Part shown: one piece after another, positions 60,539 to 64,000 of the stretch
How positions within the stretch are numbered: position 1 is the stretch's first letter
Layout: each line of letters opens with the position of its first letter
Assembly (NCBI GenBank): GCA_044229975.1
Contig: JBGARZ010000001.1
Coordinates: forward strand, 544,001-608,000
From: Polyangiales bacterium
GTDB taxonomy: Bacteria > Myxococcota_A > Polyangia > Polyangiales > Ga0077539
Reading direction: 5' to 3'
DNA: 64,000 nucleotides
Translations under genes and position numbers: made by a program
Notes under the pieces: generated by a model
What the model was told of the DNA's origin: nothing
Databases searched by the model: none
The model's input: the letters and a program-made list of their open reading frames with translations, nothing else

Positions 60539-61111
60539 TCACCCGACGCTGGCCCGGTACATCACGTCGGTACGCAACACGTACTTCCGCCCGCCGGTCA
60601 CCGCCGCGCCCTCGTGCAGCACCGGGTGCTGGAAGAACAGCGCCGAGCCCGCCCTCGGCGTCACCGTCAGCACGTCCCGATCGCGCGGGAAGAAGCGCGT
60701 CTCGCCGCCGTCGCACCCGTCGTTGAGGTAGTAGATCAACGTCAGCAGGCTGCGCTCGCCGCTCATGCGCTCGAAGTGACCGTCGCGGTGCTTCGCGAAG
60801 TACTCGCCGGGGTCGTAGCGGTACAGCCGGAAGCGCTCGTTGAGCCCCACCGCCACCCGCCCATCGAGCACCGGAGGAACCCTCCGTTCGACCGCCTCCC
60901 ACAGCTTCGCCGCCGCTGCGACGTCGTCGATGATGACCCGCGTGTTGTTGCGAATCTCCGGCGCCATCACCGGGCCCCACGACGTCGTGATGGGCGCGAC
61001 CTCGTAGCCCACGGCCTCGCCGCGGGCGATCCACGCGGCGCACTCTTCGGGCGTGAGCAGGTCGTGGTCGACCCAGATCACACCCGGCAGGACGTCGTCG
61101 CGCGTCACCAC
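60539..61111 (-). CDS. 2OG-Fe(II) oxygenase, prolyl-4-hydroxylase-like
   Basis: LLTPEEC, NERFRLYRY, HxD (KHRDG), YLND..GGET, LHEG, KYVLRTD. Confidence 0.92.
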   Translation of the reverse strand: MVTRDDVLPGVIWVDHDLLTPEECAAWIARGEAVGYEVAPITTSWGPVMAPEIRNNTRVIIDDVAAAAKLWEAVERRVPPVLDGRVAVGLNERFRLYRYDPGEYFAKHRDGHFERMSGERSLLTLIYYLNDGCDGGETRFFPRDRDVLTVTPRAGSALFFQHPVLHEGAAVTGGRKYVLRTDVMYRASVG

Positions 61112-61115
61112 GCGA

Positions 61116-63749
61116 TCACCGCTGCTTGCGCCGCAGCGCCCACACGCCGAGGCCCATGAAGAGCATCAGGCCCAGCTTCGGCGCCGCGTCGGGGGTCGCG
61201 CCCACGTGGCAGCCGCAGCCGTCGCCGCTCAGCGTCACCACGCTCGTCGGCGCGCCCTCCACGCACACGCGCCCCTCGCCGCAGCGGGTGAGCCCGTCGG
61301 TGCGGTCGGCGCACTGCGCGTCGGTGAGGCAGCCCACGCAGGTCCCTGCCGCGTCGCCCATGCGGTAGCAGAAGGGCGTCGGCTGCGCGCAGTCGAGGTC
61401 GCGGAAGCAACCGTTGGCGCACACGCCCGGCCGCGTCGGATCATCCGAGCTGCACGACATGCCCGCAGGGCAGCCGTTGTGCCCGTCGCCCGGCCAGCAG
61501 CCCGCGCGGCACCGGCGCGCCGTCGGGTCGCAGATGCGCCCGGACTCTGGGCCCCCGCAGTCGGCGTCGCGCTCGCAGCCGCAGCGCGAGGCGCCCGCGT
61601 CCGACACGCAGGCCGTTCCGTCGGGGCTCGTCGTGCACGCGGGCGACGCAGGCCCCGGAACACACGCCACGCAGCGGTTGTTGGGGTCGTCGCAGATGGG
61701 CGTCGCGCCGCGGCACGCCATCGAGCTGGCCGTGGTGCACTGCACGCAACGACCGACGCTCCGGCCCGCGGTGGCGCAGGCGGGCGTCGGGTCGAGGCAG
61801 TCGGTGGCGCTCGTCGTCGAGCACGCGCGGCAGGTGCGCGAGGTGAGGTCGCAGATGGGCGTCGACCCGGCGCAGTCGCCGTTGGTGGTGCACCCGACGC
61901 AGCGGTTGACCGCGAGGTCGCACACGCGGCTCGTGCAGTTGGCGTTGGTGGTGCACTGCACGCAGCGGCCCGCGTTGGGGCCGAGGCCCGCGCAGATGGT
62001 GAGGCCGTCTTCGGTGCACTCGCCCGCGACGGCGGCGTTGCAGGGGCGGCAGGTGCGGGCCGTGGGGTCGCACACGGGGCGCGCCGGGTCGGTGCACTCG
62101 CGGCTGGTGAGGCAGGCCACGCAGGTGTGCGTGGTGGTCTCGCAGCGGGGAGTGGCGCCGCTGCACTGCGCGTCGGTGTTGCAGACGACACAACGACCGA
62201 TCTCGGCGCCCGCGGTGGCGCAGGCCGGGCGCGTCGGGTCGATGGCCGCGCACTGCGCGTCGGACGAGCACGCCACGCAGGTGCGGGTGGCGGCGTCGCA
62301 GACCGGGGCCGTCGGGCTGCGGGTGCAGTCCGCGGTGGTGTTGCAGAGGCAGACGCCCGCCGTGGTGTCGCAGATCGGCGCGGTGTTGGGGCAGTTGAGG
62401 TCGGCGCGGCCGGGGAGCGTCGGGTTGGTGCGGCCCGCGGCGGTCTCGCGCTGGTCGGGGAGGCAGTCATTGTCGGAGTCAGTGTCGAGGTAGTCGGGCG
62501 TCCCGTCGTTGTCGCTGTCGACGGTGCAGTCGCCCTCGTCGATGTCGCTCCAGCCGTCGCCGTCGGCGTCCGTGAGCGAGCCGCGCGCCAGCGTCTGGAA
62601 CGCGATCACCGGCATCATCTCGTCGCCATCGCCACGGAAGCGGAAGCGCATCGAGGTGGCCGCGTCGGCGACCACGGTGCGGAAGTCGTAGAGCTCGTCG
62701 TCGAGGCGCGGGAGCGCGGGGGCGCGCAGCACGTCGTCGCCGTCGAGGCCGACGGGAGAGCCCGCGGCGCGGCCGGGGCCGGGCTCGGTGCCGCCGAAGG
62801 TTCCCATGGTGCAGAGGCCGGCGGTGTCGGCGAAGCAGCCGTTGCCCGCGGGGACGGTGGGCCAGTCGTCGGCGCCGCCCGCCCGCGTGGTGAGCGAGAG
62901 GTCGTTGACGATGATCTCGCTCTCCTCTTCGGTGCAGGTGTCGCGCGACGGGTCGTTGGGCGCCGCGGGGTTGGGCCGACGGTTGAACTCCCACATCACG
63001 CCGACCGACGCCGCGAAGGGCTCGCCGCGCGGGAAGTCCCGCGGGCAGCGGTTGGCGACGGGGCCGGGGAGCGGCAGGGCCATGCTCTCGAAGCCGTTGG
63101 TGGCGCAGCCCTCGTAGACGACGACGTTGCGGCGCGGGCCGAAGTCGAGGTCGTACACGACTACGAGGAAGTGACCGCCGAACTGCACCAGACCGGGGCC
63201 TTCGCGGCGGGCGTCGTCGCCGCGCTCCTGCACGGTGACGCTGGTGGGCCCACCGCGGGAGGACGGGCCGACGGCGGCGCGGACGGGGGTGGTGACGTCG
63301 GTGATGAAGGTTCCCCAGTGGGCCGTGACGATGGGGGTGGGCGCGGTGCGCGAGTAGAAACGGGGCGCGCCCTGGAGGTTGCGGGTGACGGCCGAGGAGC
63401 CCTCACCGACGATGACCTGGCGGGGGCTCCCGGCGGGCCCGCCGGGGATGGACGGCGGGAAGGCCGGGGCCGACGCGAGGGGATAGAAGACCGTGACGCC
63501 CGAGTAGAGCCGCGCCCAGCGCACCCGACCGCCACGCGGAACCTGCACCGTGAACTGCCCGCGGGTGAACGCCGTCGGCGTGCTCGCCTCGCCCCAGGCG
63601 TCGGCCGTGACGCCGCCGCGGACGACCTCGCTGAAGGCCACCTGGAGGGTCTGCGCAGAGGCGCCGACCGGGAGGCCGAGGACGGAGAGGAGGGCGACGA
63701 GCGCGACGACGAGCGGATGGCGAAGGGAGGGGCTCACGAGGCGTGACAC
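61116..63749 (-). CDS. MYXO-CTERM cell-surface protein: N-terminal beta-domain, DxDxDG Ca-binding motifs, Cys-rich tandem repeats
   Basis: Signal peptide ASAQ; VPRGGRVRWARLY, TDVT and FLVVVY resemble DUF3344; DADGDG/DSDND; more than 10 Cys-rich repeats; C-terminal GCGC + TM + RRKQR. Confidence 0.88.
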   Translation of the reverse strand: MSRLVSPSLRHPLVVALVALLSVLGLPVGASAQTLQVAFSEVVRGGVTADAWGEASTPTAFTRGQFTVQVPRGGRVRWARLYSGVTVFYPLASAPAFPPSIPGGPAGSPRQVIVGEGSSAVTRNLQGAPRFYSRTAPTPIVTAHWGTFITDVTTPVRAAVGPSSRGGPTSVTVQERGDDARREGPGLVQFGGHFLVVVYDLDFGPRRNVVVYEGCATNGFESMALPLPGPVANRCPRDFPRGEPFAASVGVMWEFNRRPNPAAPNDPSRDTCTEEESEIIVNDLSLTTRAGGADDWPTVPAGNGCFADTAGLCTMGTFGGTEPGPGRAAGSPVGLDGDDVLRAPALPRLDDELYDFRTVVADAATSMRFRFRGDGDEMMPVIAFQTLARGSLTDADGDGWSDIDEGDCTVDSDNDGTPDYLDTDSDNDCLPDQRETAAGRTNPTLPGRADLNCPNTAPICDTTAGVCLCNTTADCTRSPTAPVCDAATRTCVACSSDAQCAAIDPTRPACATAGAEIGRCVVCNTDAQCSGATPRCETTTHTCVACLTSRECTDPARPVCDPTARTCRPCNAAVAGECTEDGLTICAGLGPNAGRCVQCTTNANCTSRVCDLAVNRCVGCTTNGDCAGSTPICDLTSRTCRACSTTSATDCLDPTPACATAGRSVGRCVQCTTASSMACRGATPICDDPNNRCVACVPGPASPACTTSPDGTACVSDAGASRCGCERDADCGGPESGRICDPTARRCRAGCWPGDGHNGCPAGMSCSSDDPTRPGVCANGCFRDLDCAQPTPFCYRMGDAAGTCVGCLTDAQCADRTDGLTRCGEGRVCVEGAPTSVVTLSGDGCGCHVGATPDAAPKLGLMLFMGLGVWALRRKQR

Positions 63750-63888
63750 CTAGACGAGTTTGCGCGGCGTGGCCAGACGGTCGGCGGGGCCGCGCATGGG
63801 GGTAGTGGCGCTCGACGACCGATGGGGGATTGGAGTAAGGGGCGTGCGCTCTCCTCCCTAATCCCCTGCGAAGACACCAGGTATCTCC

Positions 63889-64000
63889 ATGGCGCTCAAG
63901 GTCGCGATCGTCGGTCTGCCCAACGTCGGCAAGTCCACCCTGTTCAACGCGCTCACGCAGACGGCGCAGGCCCAGGCGGCCAACTACCCGTTCTGCACCA
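63889..64000 (+). CDS. ychF: redox-regulated ATPase YchF (5' part only, runs off the window)
   Basis: Not in the ORF track; translates to [37 protein letters not shown]. Confidence 0.93.
   Translation, partial: MALKVAIVGLPNVGKSTLFNALTQTAQAQAANYPFCT

Overview
Very GC-rich, gene-dense chromosomal window, most likely from a myxobacterium (Myxococcota, Polyangia-like). The assignment is inferred from a MYXO-CTERM protein, Cys-rich lipoproteins, Hanks kinases and FHA proteins, and pilMNOPQ-aroC synteny. Positions 1-17.6 kb form one minus-strand block: rimP-nusA-ylxR/ylxQ fusion-infB-(unknown gene)-ylxP-rbfA-truB, then an FHA/Pro-rich/degenerate TadA-CpaF ATPase, a membrane protein, pilMNOPQ and aroC. 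The remainder is accessory. It contains an OmpA/TSP3 protein, an ECF sigma with a His-rich partner, a sigma54 activator, a thioesterase, a HEAT lipoprotein, epmB, a cNMP-domain PilB/GspE ATPase next to a membrane-anchored Ser/Thr kinase, an ABC exporter with a truncated globin, and a kinase/FHA-wHTH/secreted-protein cassette. Further along are a two-gene double-ASKHA/Fe-S reductase pair resembling the anaerobic plasmalogen/ether-lipid enzymes (PlsA/PlsR, Ger), a Kef antiporter, a lipoprotein with a possible BPI/LBP-like fold, a cobalamin riboswitch ahead of a beta-propeller lipoprotein and a methyltransferase, a 2OG-Fe(II) oxygenase, a MYXO-CTERM surface protein and the 5' end of ychF. I saw no rRNA, tRNA, CRISPR array, transposase or phage genes. 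All calls come from motif recognition by eye; no database searches were run.
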